A stretch of 64,000 nucleotides of DNA from a virus. Lineage: Duplodnaviria > Caudoviricetes. Made by a program: the position numbers and the translations under genes. The notes beneath the pieces were generated by a model that saw only the letters and a list, made by a program, of their open reading frames with translations, was not told the DNA's origin and searched no databases. Below are positions 47,669 to 57,589 of the stretch, in pieces (position 1 is the first letter of the stretch; every line of letters begins with the position of its first letter). The stretch is from positions 43,910 through 107,909 of the IMG/VR virus record IMGVR_UViG_3300015607_003363; one strand, written 5' to 3'.

Positions 47669-50600
47669 TTAATCGTCCTCTTCTGGCGTTTCTGGGGCTG
47701 GTGGGATAGTAATATCCAAGTCTTGGACTTTCTTTAACAATTTAGCGCAGTCCTTTTCGAATCTGCTGCATGAAGCAAACCGTGAATCTCCATCTACCAT
47801 TTTTAGAATCTTGTCGAGCCTGATGCAGTGTTTGCATTCCGAGTTGCGATGCATTTCTTCTGTGGGATTGTTGTTCTTTATTCTGAATAGTTTGATCATC
47901 TTTTTGATGAAATGGTTTAATTTCATTCCGACAATGTCGATATTTCTAAGTGATGCCATGTTTAGGAAGTTTCGAAGAGTAGTGAATTCATCATCTCTTC
48001 TGTTCATGGAGTGTACGGGTCGATTTTTGATCCATTCATTCCACAGGTCTTCGTTCCAGATGCCGCCGTATTCAGTGTCGAATCTGGTTCTTCTAGCGAT
48101 CATGGCCTGCTCTTTGGCTATATGGATTATATGGTCGATGATATAGCTATATCTGTTGGTAATTGCTTTTTGGGCAGCAACTAATTCTGCCTGATTCTTT
48201 TTGTAGATCTTCATCATTTTATCGAATATTTTGGTGTCATATTTGATCGCACAGACTCCCTCGTTCCGTCTGGAGACGTATGTGCTTGGATATTTGCTTA
48301 GTGTGCAGGTGATGCCGTTATTATTTCGGCCTATGTTGTGTGCGTCTGCTTTTTTGATTTGTGGTTCGGACAGTGATTGGCAGAGCGGATTTTTGTTTCT
48401 ATCGAATTTGATTTTGCCGCTTATCTCGACATACCAAGCAGAGGCATGCATACCATCTTCATAGACAACGATAGAGTCAGGGTATTTACTTCGCTCTCTT
48501 AATTGTCGATCTATTTCGTCGATGTGGTCTTGAGTGACAAGTTTATAATAGTTGGCGTTTCGCGGCCAGTCAGCCCATTTTGGGCTTTCATAAGAAATGA
48601 GCCATCTGATATGGCGATTGTCTACCACGGTTTCTTTTTTGTCTTTGGCCAGAGAGGCGATACCGGCATCGACTGTCCATTCCTTTTCGTCTACTAGGAC
48701 AGAACTCCATGGGTGACAGATTTCATAGGTCACGTAAATGTCGTGCTGGCCTTTTTTAGCAATAAGCAGGGCTTCCTTCTTCAATTCCTTCTTGATTGTT
48801 TCAATTGCATCATGATTTATAGAAGTGTCTTGGCGTTTTAGTAATTGTTTGTATTCGCTTATGATCATTCTATAGGCCTTAGAATCATCTGATAACAGGG
48901 CACGATGGGTCTTATTTTTCAGTTTCCACCATTTGATCAATTGGTCGATTTCTTTTTCGACTTTTTCTGGATTGACTTTGTATTTCTTGGCGATTTCTGC
49001 TACCAGTAGTGTTCTGAATGGCTTTTCGTCCTGCTGCTCTTCTAGGCGTATCTTGAGCACCTTCTGCATGACTGGTATCATCTGGTTATACCTGTTATTA
49101 TTTCTTTCCTTTCGGCTTCTCAGGTAATACTGAATATCTGCAATTTCGCAGTTATCAACATCAATGATGAACCAGTCAGAGCGTTCTACTGTACAGCGAG
49201 CTTTTGCTTTTGGTCTGCGTTTTTCATATTTATAGCCTTCTCTTCGTCTCTGGCTTCCCCATGAAGCTTCGTAATAGTTTTCTTCTATTCTGTCATAAGT
49301 AAAGAAAAATTTCGGTTCTTTGGCGTAGTCTGTTTTGGTGAGCAGATAGATATTATCATTGGATGGAGCTTCTGCACTTGGTGGATATATCTGGTTGTCT
49401 TCGCGATTTCTACTATATCGGCTGACTCCATTGAAATAACCACAGATACGATGGCCGACATCTAATGCTGAGTTGACCTTGGCCAGCCAAGTGTTATAAG
49501 GAAGCTTATCTTCTTCAAGTAGCTTGTTGGCATTAGCGTCATCAATTAATGTTATATGTTCGTCGAAGTCGACATAGCTGCAGATGTTGATGTGGTCGCC
49601 CTTGAATGGACGGAATACTTCTGTGCGATCAAAGAGTCCCTGCAAGACGAGCAGAATACGCATATAGTGTTTAGTATTACCATTGGCTTTTTCCATAGCA
49701 TCGGCGAATTCTTTTGATTTTGGGTCTAATGGTTCGGAAGTCCAGCGATTCCTTTCTTTGTCATAGATTCGTTTACTGAGGTTTTTTTCGAAATCGTCTG
49801 GAGTAGGAAACATTTTGCCGCCAAAATGAATGTCGGCATAGATGCGATAAAGAGCGTCACCATTCTTGATTAATAGGAAACTGGTTCTGAGATTCTTTTC
49901 ATTCTTTTGGGCGGCTGTATATGAATCTGAATCTTTATATTCTTTAAATGATTTGCGAATGCACAGGCCCACTATGCCTTTCTGTTCAGGAATGAGTTTT
50001 TGGACAGCCGCTGGATTGTCTAGTAGCCATTTGTCAAATTTGTGCAGGTTTTCACAATCTATACTGTCTGGCATGGAATAGAACTCTTCTGCTGCTTCTT
50101 CATCCATCGCCAGAACTCTTTGACGTAGATGAAGCTTTACATCAGCTGGTGCATGAACGCCATCACGAATGACAGTAGTCTGCTGGTTGACACCAAGATA
50201 GAGGTTGACTGTCCATAGAGCTTCCTCTGCTTTGGCGAGCATAGTACCCGTGTCTTTCATTTTCTGTTCAATTTCTTCACTCATGTTTTTGGCTTTGAGA
50301 GCCAGTTCTCTAGCCAGTTCTTTTGCCTTGAGTGAGTATAATTTTTTAATGTTCTCAACGTATCGTTTTGCCTGTATGCTATAGGATAAGGCATTGGCCG
50401 TCATTTTGGCGGCTTCGAGCTTAAAGTCTTTGGCTGCATTGACGATATCTGTTGAGCTTGCTTGTTTGGTTTCTGCTGAGGCAGAAGCGAGAAGGTTCTG
50501 GATTGAGGCTTGTTTTAAGCTGATTTCAGGGTCTTTGGGTGCATTGGTTTGCACATGATTGATGGCTTCATCTACGGTGTCAAAGTCAGCGATAGTTTCA

Positions 50601-50788
50601 ATGGGATGGTCGAATTTGCCATCTTTGTAATAGTAGTTTTCGTAATCAACGTTCAACATGCCCCAGCGCGAGTCTTCTATGCCGAGTTCATCATCGTAGC
50701 TTTCAAGGACTAAATAAACAATATCGCCTGCGACGTATGATGACGATGAGCGTTTGAAACCAGTTACGACTCTGCACTTTCTGATCAT
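47669..50788 (-). CDS. Large hypothetical protein (1039 aa) with N-terminal coiled coil
   Basis: Long uninterrupted ORF on the opposite strand; no motif recognised. Confidence 0.85.
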   Translation of the reverse strand: MIRKCRVVTGFKRSSSSYVAGDIVYLVLESYDDELGIEDSRWGMLNVDYENYYYKDGKFDHPIETIADFDTVDEAINHVQTNAPKDPEISLKQASIQNLLASASAETKQASSTDIVNAAKDFKLEAAKMTANALSYSIQAKRYVENIKKLYSLKAKELARELALKAKNMSEEIEQKMKDTGTMLAKAEEALWTVNLYLGVNQQTTVIRDGVHAPADVKLHLRQRVLAMDEEAAEEFYSMPDSIDCENLHKFDKWLLDNPAAVQKLIPEQKGIVGLCIRKSFKEYKDSDSYTAAQKNEKNLRTSFLLIKNGDALYRIYADIHFGGKMFPTPDDFEKNLSKRIYDKERNRWTSEPLDPKSKEFADAMEKANGNTKHYMRILLVLQGLFDRTEVFRPFKGDHINICSYVDFDEHITLIDDANANKLLEEDKLPYNTWLAKVNSALDVGHRICGYFNGVSRYSRNREDNQIYPPSAEAPSNDNIYLLTKTDYAKEPKFFFTYDRIEENYYEASWGSQRRREGYKYEKRRPKAKARCTVERSDWFIIDVDNCEIADIQYYLRSRKERNNNRYNQMIPVMQKVLKIRLEEQQDEKPFRTLLVAEIAKKYKVNPEKVEKEIDQLIKWWKLKNKTHRALLSDDSKAYRMIISEYKQLLKRQDTSINHDAIETIKKELKKEALLIAKKGQHDIYVTYEICHPWSSVLVDEKEWTVDAGIASLAKDKKETVVDNRHIRWLISYESPKWADWPRNANYYKLVTQDHIDEIDRQLRERSKYPDSIVVYEDGMHASAWYVEISGKIKFDRNKNPLCQSLSEPQIKKADAHNIGRNNNGITCTLSKYPSTYVSRRNEGVCAIKYDTKIFDKMMKIYKKNQAELVAAQKAITNRYSYIIDHIIHIAKEQAMIARRTRFDTEYGGIWNEDLWNEWIKNRPVHSMNRRDDEFTTLRNFLNMASLRNIDIVGMKLNHFIKKMIKLFRIKNNNPTEEMHRNSECKHCIRLDKILKMVDGDSRFASCSRFEKDCAKLLKKVQDLDITIPPAPETPEEDD

Positions 50789-50961
50789 TGCCTATTCCAG
50801 TGGTTCGATGTGTATGAACGTACTACCGTAGACAATACTATTAATTGCAATCTAGCGAGTTGGTCCGGTGACTTTATTTTGGTTAATATAATATATAGTA
50901 TTACGAAGATCCTGAACGGCCCATCAGGATGGATCGATTCTTTGTTCAAGAGGAACGTACA

Positions 50962-52224
50962 ATGCTTGCTTTGTTGTTGCTCCTATGTATGCCAGACGAT
51001 GTTAGCCCAGCCGATCTCATAAAACCAGAGCCAGTCAGAGTGATCGATGGCGAAACGCCAGATAAATTAGTTCGTACTTTGAAATATAGACGACCTGCTG
51101 CACCAGCAGGATATGTCGATCCCAATATTAGATATATGAGTGTCGAGGAAGAGGATAAATGGTTGGCCGTCTTACCAGTCCTGACTACTGATTTAGAACT
51201 GAGAGAGATTTTGAATCGGCCTATGATTCCTTATAATCACACTGTTCTTCCAAGAGTATCCCAACAGACTCTTGGTGATGTGATGGATGGCGACTACAAT
51301 ATGTCTGCTGGTAAGGACGATCCTAATAACAGGGTTGCCCAAGTTGGCTCTATGACTCTTGATCGACAGTGGCGGCATACCGCTGGCACCAAAGAGGACC
51401 ATATAGTCTGCCATTATATGGTCTGGCCGGACACAGGTGATATTCAAGTTTACGCCACTAGTATTCCATCGACCTATATTGAAGAATCAGTTCTAAGTGA
51501 GTATGTGCCTTATTTTGTTCGACATAAGTTTCCTGTAGGCATGCAGTTTCTGGAAGCAATCTGCAACAAGATTGATGGCGAGATCATAGCATGCGAGATC
51601 AGAGTGTGGTCTAAAATCTCTGACGGTATCGGTCATAAGCACTGGTCTATGAATGCCTATGCTCCTTTTCCTACTCCAGAGGATTATGTCGCTGCCGTGT
51701 CGAGGTACCATCAGCCACAGCCCGGATTGCTGGCTCGACTGTCCAATCGATCAGAGTATCAGCGCAGCAAGCTAGTATTCGATTTTCCTCGATATCCGTG
51801 GCAAGTCTTCAAATCTACTGGCCGAGTCGTTAAGCTAGATAAGTTGCCAGCCAAGACGGTGGCGACCATGATCAGAAACACCCCATTCAAATCAATCAAA
51901 AATTCGGCTTGGTTGACTTTTGATGATGGGACACATTCTTTTGCTCCGGTGACTGATGATCCTGAGCAGATCTATCCTGCTGGATACGACAGGTCTGCTA
52001 TTCCTACCACTATGGCTTCCTGTATCAGATGCCATAAGGATGATGCTTTGGGAGCATCTGCGGTTGCTCGTGGTGAATGGTATGGTTTCAGGAATGGTGA
52101 TGACAATATTATAAGCTGGACTCCCATTAGACTCAGGCGCAATAGCACGAGTGTCAGTGATAATCGTGCTTCTATTGATCCAGTTATCGCTAGTTCGCCG
52201 AGAGTGAAGAATGAATTAAGATAA
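50962..52224 (+). CDS. Exported protein with a c-type heme motif
   Basis: GAGGA RBS; hydrophobic N-terminus MLALLLLLC; FPVG..F.E...EIR; SCIRCH (CxxCH). Confidence 0.6.
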   Translation: MLALLLLLCMPDDVSPADLIKPEPVRVIDGETPDKLVRTLKYRRPAAPAGYVDPNIRYMSVEEEDKWLAVLPVLTTDLELREILNRPMIPYNHTVLPRVSQQTLGDVMDGDYNMSAGKDDPNNRVAQVGSMTLDRQWRHTAGTKEDHIVCHYMVWPDTGDIQVYATSIPSTYIEESVLSEYVPYFVRHKFPVGMQFLEAICNKIDGEIIACEIRVWSKISDGIGHKHWSMNAYAPFPTPEDYVAAVSRYHQPQPGLLARLSNRSEYQRSKLVFDFPRYPWQVFKSTGRVVKLDKLPAKTVATMIRNTPFKSIKNSAWLTFDDGTHSFAPVTDDPEQIYPAGYDRSAIPTTMASCIRCHKDDALGASAVARGEWYGFRNGDDNIISWTPIRLRRNSTSVSDNRASIDPVIASSPRVKNELR

Positions 52225-52240
52225 TATCGGTCTGTTTGAT

Positions 52241-52290
52241 ATTTGAGCCATTTGATAACAGCTTTAATGTTGTTGTCAAATGGCTCAAAT
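52241..52290. repeat. 20-bp inverted repeat
   Basis: ATTTGAGCCATTTGATAACA / TGTTGTCAAATGGCTCAAAT with one T-G pair. Confidence 0.85.
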
Positions 52291-52349
52291 GCTATGTAAG
52301 ATTGTTTAATAAAAATATATATGTTCGATTGTTGTTGATAGGAGAGATC

Positions 52350-54818
52350 ATGCGATACGCCTTGTCTGTAGTAGCTATGCTATTAAGTATGCTTCCTGTA
52401 TTCGCACAGACGGAATACTGGTCTACAGTTCCTGCACCAAAAACAGCACCAGCCGTCTATCAGACTGGATTTGCTCAAAATTCGGATTACACATGGAAAT
52501 ACCCATATCAGCGTCCAACACCAGCCGGTGTGATTAGGGTGCGTAATGCCATTGTTGACAGTGATGGAGGGATAGGTGAATGGAGTGAGTTTGCAGAATT
52601 AACAGTAAAAAGTGGCTGGAGGTTATGGGGTGGTTCATGGAACCAGCCTGTTGTTGAAGATGCCAGCGGAATCGCGTGGCAATTGGAAATCGTTAGCATA
52701 GAGGCTAAAGACGATTGGGAATATAACCCATATAAACCGGGACGCATAGCTTATTTGTACACAGGTTGGGGTGGTAGCTATTACAAAAACACTTTGGCTC
52801 CTACTTCATCTCATTCGCCTTACCTTGAACAGTTGACAGAAGATGCGTGGAGTTCTTATACTGTTGAGCGGTTTGGTAAGAAGGGACGATATGCGACTGT
52901 TTCGAAACCACCCATAGTCGTAGCAGCATCTATTCCTAACAAGACCTACCAGTTGGCCTACTGCCGGAAGGCCGAGACGGGCGAGACCGACCTTTCGCCA
53001 CCATATACTTACACTCCATCGCCCTTGCCCGATGGGACATTTCCTGCTGAGGCTTCATGGATTCGATGTGTTATTCATGAGTATCATCCTCAGGGTACGC
53101 TTGGTTTGCATTTTTATCGTCGTGAAATGTTGAAACCGGCTTCTGGCACCGATCCGCCAATATGGGGTGAATGGAGACGTTTGCCGGATGCCGAGTGCTA
53201 TGGTACACCTGATAAGCCCGACGATTGGCTGTGGCCTATCTGGAAACGCCAATGTCTTATGTTGAGATATGTTGATAACGCTCCTGTCCACACGCCAGTA
53301 GCGAATCCACAAAGCAGATTGACTAAATTGCACAGGTTGCTTCGTGGAGATCCTGTAAAAGACAGGGACGTTTTACTTGATTACTTCCGATTGCCTGATA
53401 CCTATGAGCTGAAGACGACTCCTGTCCCTCCTAAGGACGGTGTAGCGCAGCCTCCGATTGTGGAACTGGTTGTTGTCAAGAACTATAATCCTACACACGT
53501 CAAAATAGATGCAAATGGCCAACCGCAGATCATACGCACTCTATACGGCGATGTGGTTCTGAAGGCTGGCGAAAAGTTTGTAGTTCATTGTCCCGTCATA
53601 GACGAATGGGGCAATGGAGATTCTGGCACTACTGGTGGTGTTGGCGACCAGAAATTCGAACGCAATATTAGAGCAGGTAATGGTGACGCATGGTATATTG
53701 AACAAGCACCAAGCTTAGAAGGTCAAGTCTCTTGGCCTGTTTTGTTGATTCATAATCATAAAAGCCAATGGTCAGTGGCCAAAATCACTGCCAAAGGTGG
53801 CGATGCCTTAGCCTATTCTGATTATTCAGGTGGGCAATGTTTTGGCAATCGGTTCTATAAATGCAGTTTTGAGGCTCCTATGTTAGGGAGCCGTGTGACA
53901 TGTGGCATCCGCATTGATCATGATTGTGCTCCTAGCCATCATCCTTCGGAGCAATTCTATCAGTTCTGTAGTGCCAGTGGTGGCATAGGGGTTATGTTCG
54001 GAGGGAATCAGTCGGCAAACCTTCGAGCCGAAGAAATGTATGCAAACAGTAATGCACCTGATCCTAGGGGCAGTGTGTTTTACATCAACAACCCTAATCC
54101 GATTCGTTGGTTCAATGGTCTATTTGTTGATTCATACATTAGATCACAGATGCTTCTCACTGGCCAACGCGGAGTTATTTTCCGTTGTTCTGGATATGGT
54201 GCCGATCTGGATATAAATGACATATGGAATGATGCTGGATTCGTTCGATTCATCGAATCGAACGGCGTTCCTGTAGCATTGAAAATGAATGGTGGTAAGC
54301 TCAATACGAGAGGCGTTCGACCTGTGCTCGGATTATTTGCCGGGACTACGATTCATAATATAAAATCGACTTGGGCGATCAGTGGTACGAGAGTGCAGCC
54401 TGATCCCGGAACGCAGCCTTGTGTAGTCATCAATCATAATTATCGGACATTTGAACCATTGTTCAGTGGTCGCACCGGCTTAAGCGACATGGTGCTAAAA
54501 GAACCGAGCGAGGCTACGGCTTTGGCTATGTTGCAGAGATTTGCGCCGACCGGCCAGCTTTCACCGATGCCGGAAACTGGTTATCGAATGACTATTGATG
54601 TTCCTGTTCAGGTGACGCGAGAGCGGACTCCGGCAGAGATAGAAATAGCATTTGAGCCATATAAGAAGATTAGGAACTTGCCTGCATGGGGTAAGACGTT
54701 TATAAAGGAGTACTACTTGAAGTATGTCACAGAGACAAAGACCACTCCAGTGACCACTATCTTCAATGATCAGTTTACTGGTAAGAGAGTCGCTACAGAG
54801 GATGTGATTCTGAAATAA
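52350..54818 (+). CDS. Secreted protein, possible C-terminal beta-helix
   Basis: AGGAG RBS; Sec-type signal MRYALSVVAMLLSMLPVFA|Q; Gly/Asn-rich beta-strand repeats in the C-terminal half. Confidence 0.7.
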   Translation: MRYALSVVAMLLSMLPVFAQTEYWSTVPAPKTAPAVYQTGFAQNSDYTWKYPYQRPTPAGVIRVRNAIVDSDGGIGEWSEFAELTVKSGWRLWGGSWNQPVVEDASGIAWQLEIVSIEAKDDWEYNPYKPGRIAYLYTGWGGSYYKNTLAPTSSHSPYLEQLTEDAWSSYTVERFGKKGRYATVSKPPIVVAASIPNKTYQLAYCRKAETGETDLSPPYTYTPSPLPDGTFPAEASWIRCVIHEYHPQGTLGLHFYRREMLKPASGTDPPIWGEWRRLPDAECYGTPDKPDDWLWPIWKRQCLMLRYVDNAPVHTPVANPQSRLTKLHRLLRGDPVKDRDVLLDYFRLPDTYELKTTPVPPKDGVAQPPIVELVVVKNYNPTHVKIDANGQPQIIRTLYGDVVLKAGEKFVVHCPVIDEWGNGDSGTTGGVGDQKFERNIRAGNGDAWYIEQAPSLEGQVSWPVLLIHNHKSQWSVAKITAKGGDALAYSDYSGGQCFGNRFYKCSFEAPMLGSRVTCGIRIDHDCAPSHHPSEQFYQFCSASGGIGVMFGGNQSANLRAEEMYANSNAPDPRGSVFYINNPNPIRWFNGLFVDSYIRSQMLLTGQRGVIFRCSGYGADLDINDIWNDAGFVRFIESNGVPVALKMNGGKLNTRGVRPVLGLFAGTTIHNIKSTWAISGTRVQPDPGTQPCVVINHNYRTFEPLFSGRTGLSDMVLKEPSEATALAMLQRFAPTGQLSPMPETGYRMTIDVPVQVTRERTPAEIEIAFEPYKKIRNLPAWGKTFIKEYYLKYVTETKTTPVTTIFNDQFTGKRVATEDVILK

Positions 54819-54823
54819 AGAGT

Positions 54824-54858
54824 TTTGGTGTCCGGATAATGATTATCCGGACACCAAA
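54824..54858. repeat. Perfect 17-bp inverted repeat (1-nt spacer)
   Basis: TTTGGTGTCCGGATAAT-G-ATTATCCGGACACCAAA. Confidence 0.9.
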
Positions 54859-54876
54859 TGTGCGTATTGAGATAAG

Positions 54877-56277
54877 ATGGCTATCGATTGGGCAAGGACA
54901 TATCTACTATTCAATACCGATGAATTGACTACAAAGTCAAAAATGAAAGTTGCTGTCTATTGTGATAAGTGCAGGAAGGAAAGTACGACACGGCGTGACA
55001 ATCATACATCTAGTATGAATAAGAAAGGCGCGTTTTGGTGCCATCAGTGTGCTATAAATGAGGCACGTGAAAATGGAAAATACATTCGAACGGCAGAACA
55101 GACAGAAGCGGCAAGACAGAGAACTCGTGAATTATGGCAGAATCCTGAATTTAGGTCTAAGGTAGTTGAAATTTCTAAAATCGCACCACAGTCACGAGAG
55201 ATGAGAAAAGAAGCTAGCGATAGAGCTAAAAGGCAGTGGGAGAGTCAGGAATTTAGGAATGCTGTTTCGGCTGGTGTAGAGGCAGCTATGGCTAGACCAG
55301 ATGTGAAAAGGAAAGTAAAAGATGGGTTAAAACGTAGATGGCAAAATGACGACTATAGAAAGAAAATTGCGGCTGTTATTGAAAAGCAGCCGAGGATTAG
55401 CAGTTTACAGTCTGCATTATATGATTATCTTGACGATCTTAACGTTGAATATATTAAAGAAGGTGAGGGTACAGTTGTCGGATGTTATGTCTTTGATTGC
55501 TTGATTCCAAAGCGTGGGAAAATGTCAAAGAGTTTATTGATTGAATGCCATGGAGAATATTGGCATAATCTAGCTAAAAATGCAAGAAATGACAGATCGA
55601 AATTCACTTATATCGACCGATATCATCCAGAATATGAAATCATGTATGTATGGGAGCATGAGTTTATCGCCAATGGTAGAGTATTAGATCGATTAAAAAT
55701 CAAACTAGGAATTGAATTACAAGTACACGATTTTGATTTTAAGTCAGTGACGGTGAGGCCAATTGATTTTGGTATTGCCAATGTTTTTCTTAGGAATTAT
55801 CACTATTTAAAGGGAGGTAAAGGTGGGACACATTTCGGAGCATATATTGAAAATAAACTTATTGCCGTTATAACTTATGCTCACCCTGTTAGACAGAATA
55901 TTGCTTCTGCTATTGGAGTGGAAAAAGTGATAGAATTAGCCAGAATGTGCATCCACCCATCATATCACAAGAAAAATTTCTCAAGTTGGCTTATTTCTAG
56001 AACCATCAAAAGTTTTGAAGTTCCTGTGGTCGCTTTTTCTGATAAGACATTAGGACACGATGGGACGATCTATAAAGCGTCAAATTTTGAGTTACACCAT
56101 GAAGCAGAATCTGATTATTGGTATATTGATGAGGATGGTTACGAAATGCACAAAAGGACTCTTTATCGTCATGCTGTATCGTTGAAAAAGACTGAGGCTG
56201 AATATGCTATAGAACATAAATTCATGAAACAATGGGGCGGTCCAAAATTGTGTTTTGTATATATGCCACGCAAGTAA
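54877..56277 (+). CDS. Zn-finger + helical repeats + Vsr/DUF559-like endonuclease + Mom-like GNAT fusion
   Basis: CDKC..CHQC; W-x-x-x-(E/D)-(F/Y)-R repeats; VFD...LLIECHGEYWH...VWEHE; NYHYL...IELARMC...AFSD..LGHDGTIYKASNF. Confidence 0.75.
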   Translation: MAIDWARTYLLFNTDELTTKSKMKVAVYCDKCRKESTTRRDNHTSSMNKKGAFWCHQCAINEARENGKYIRTAEQTEAARQRTRELWQNPEFRSKVVEISKIAPQSREMRKEASDRAKRQWESQEFRNAVSAGVEAAMARPDVKRKVKDGLKRRWQNDDYRKKIAAVIEKQPRISSLQSALYDYLDDLNVEYIKEGEGTVVGCYVFDCLIPKRGKMSKSLLIECHGEYWHNLAKNARNDRSKFTYIDRYHPEYEIMYVWEHEFIANGRVLDRLKIKLGIELQVHDFDFKSVTVRPIDFGIANVFLRNYHYLKGGKGGTHFGAYIENKLIAVITYAHPVRQNIASAIGVEKVIELARMCIHPSYHKKNFSSWLISRTIKSFEVPVVAFSDKTLGHDGTIYKASNFELHHEAESDYWYIDEDGYEMHKRTLYRHAVSLKKTEAEYAIEHKFMKQWGGPKLCFVYMPRK

Positions 56278-56355
56278 AGATAGTTTGGATAATGGTGTAA
56301 GGCCATGGTGGACAATTAATAAATAATTGTTCATTACACTAGTGGAGAATTGTTC

Positions 56356-56943
56356 ATGCCCGGATTCAATGTGAGCGGACTAGGTTTGGCTGGCCAACCA
56401 TCTAATACTGTCGAATCAAGGCGTACATATCGCTGGGTCTTTCGCACCCTTGGCCGTGGCGCTGGCACTTTTTCTCGACAGGAACTTCTGCACTTACGTT
56501 CTACTTCCAGACCACACCTGAAGTATGAGCCAATTAAGATGCATCATAATCAGGAACGTGCTCGATTCGCTGGTCAGACTGAAGTCGATCCGATTGAAAT
56601 GACTTGGTATGACATTGAGCAGAACCCTGATATTTCCAAGGGTATTTATTATTGGTTTGAAACTGTTTCGGATCAGCGAACAGCCAATGTTGGCCATCCG
56701 TCAACGTACAAGAAGAACGCCGAACTAGTCATGCTGACTGGTATGAATACCATCAGCGAGCTTTGGACCATGTATGGTTGCTGGCCTGAAGATGTTGATT
56801 GGGGCGGTCTTGATTATGAACAGAATCAGATTGCTTTATTGAAGGCCAAGATGTCTATTGATCGTGCTGTCCGTGATTGCCAGAATAACGCTCAGGTTCT
56901 CGGTACTACTTCCGGATGTTCGATTCCAGCAATTAATTTCTAA
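56356..56943 (+). CDS. Tail tube protein (gp19-like)
   Basis: RFAG...PIEMTWYD, YKKNAEL.ML, WTMYGCWP..V.WG.LDY. Confidence 0.85.
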   Translation: MPGFNVSGLGLAGQPSNTVESRRTYRWVFRTLGRGAGTFSRQELLHLRSTSRPHLKYEPIKMHHNQERARFAGQTEVDPIEMTWYDIEQNPDISKGIYYWFETVSDQRTANVGHPSTYKKNAELVMLTGMNTISELWTMYGCWPEDVDWGGLDYEQNQIALLKAKMSIDRAVRDCQNNAQVLGTTSGCSIPAINF

Positions 56944-56945
56944 AT

Positions 56946-56986
56946 TACTTAAATGGCGACGAATTTATTTCGTCGCCATTTAAGTA
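56946..56986. repeat. Perfect 18-bp inverted repeat
   Basis: TACTTAAATGGCGACGAA-TTTAT-TTCGTCGCCATTTAAGTA. Confidence 0.9.
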
Positions 56987-57004
56987 TGCTTAAAGGAATT
57001 TGAA

Positions 57005-57589
57005 GTGCCGGGATTCAATGTTGTAGGACCATGGCCACAGGATGCTGAACTACCAAGTAATGTGGTAGAGACAGATAGAAATTATAGGTTTAATGTTTCC
57101 TTTGGCAATATAAAGATATCCAGATCGCATATCAAGTCAGTTACTAGGCCTTCTATAAAGATTAGACCATTTGAAATGCATCATCGTTCTGAAGAGATAT
57201 CATATCCGGGCAAGATATCCTATGAGCCGATGACATTGACGTTCTATAGCCATGCCGGGCAGACACTGCGAGAAATCAAAGAGTGGTTTAATAATAAGGT
57301 ATATGATATTAGTAGATCACAGACTCTTGATAATTCAGCTAATAGAGCTGATGTCATATTAGAAGAAACGAATGGGTTTGGGGAGCCGACTTATAGATAT
57401 ACTATGGCTGGTGCGTTCATTGTTGAAAGATCAGGATCTATAGCTAGCTATGAGGACAATAATATAGCTGAGCTTGTTTTGGTCATAAGGTATATGAAAT
57501 TGATTGAAGAGGATCTGGATGCCACCTTCCCGGCTACCGATCCGGAGTGTAAGACTGACAATCCCGTTACTCCATCGGGAGTAAGATAA
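57005..57589 (+). CDS. Tail tube-like protein 2 (gp19/gp54-like)
   Basis: YRFNV, KSVTRPS, YPGK..YEPMTLTF, W, Y.MAGAF. Confidence 0.75.
   Translation: MPGFNVVGPWPQDAELPSNVVETDRNYRFNVSFGNIKISRSHIKSVTRPSIKIRPFEMHHRSEEISYPGKISYEPMTLTFYSHAGQTLREIKEWFNNKVYDISRSQTLDNSANRADVILEETNGFGEPTYRYTMAGAFIVERSGSIASYEDNNIAELVLVIRYMKLIEEDLDATFPATDPECKTDNPVTPSGVR

Noticed and set aside
52236-52349. ORF-track N-terminal extension of the 860-aa protein (similar extensions at 2716, 7947, 12108, 50929, 58089, 61879)
   Set aside because: The 52236 extension runs through a 20-bp inverted repeat, while a downstream ATG has an RBS and exposes a signal peptide. The others overlap neighbouring genes and have better downstream starts.
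52241-56986. Integron attC sites
   Set aside because: No RYYYAAC/GTTRRRY core ends or extrahelical-base pattern, and no integrase in the window.
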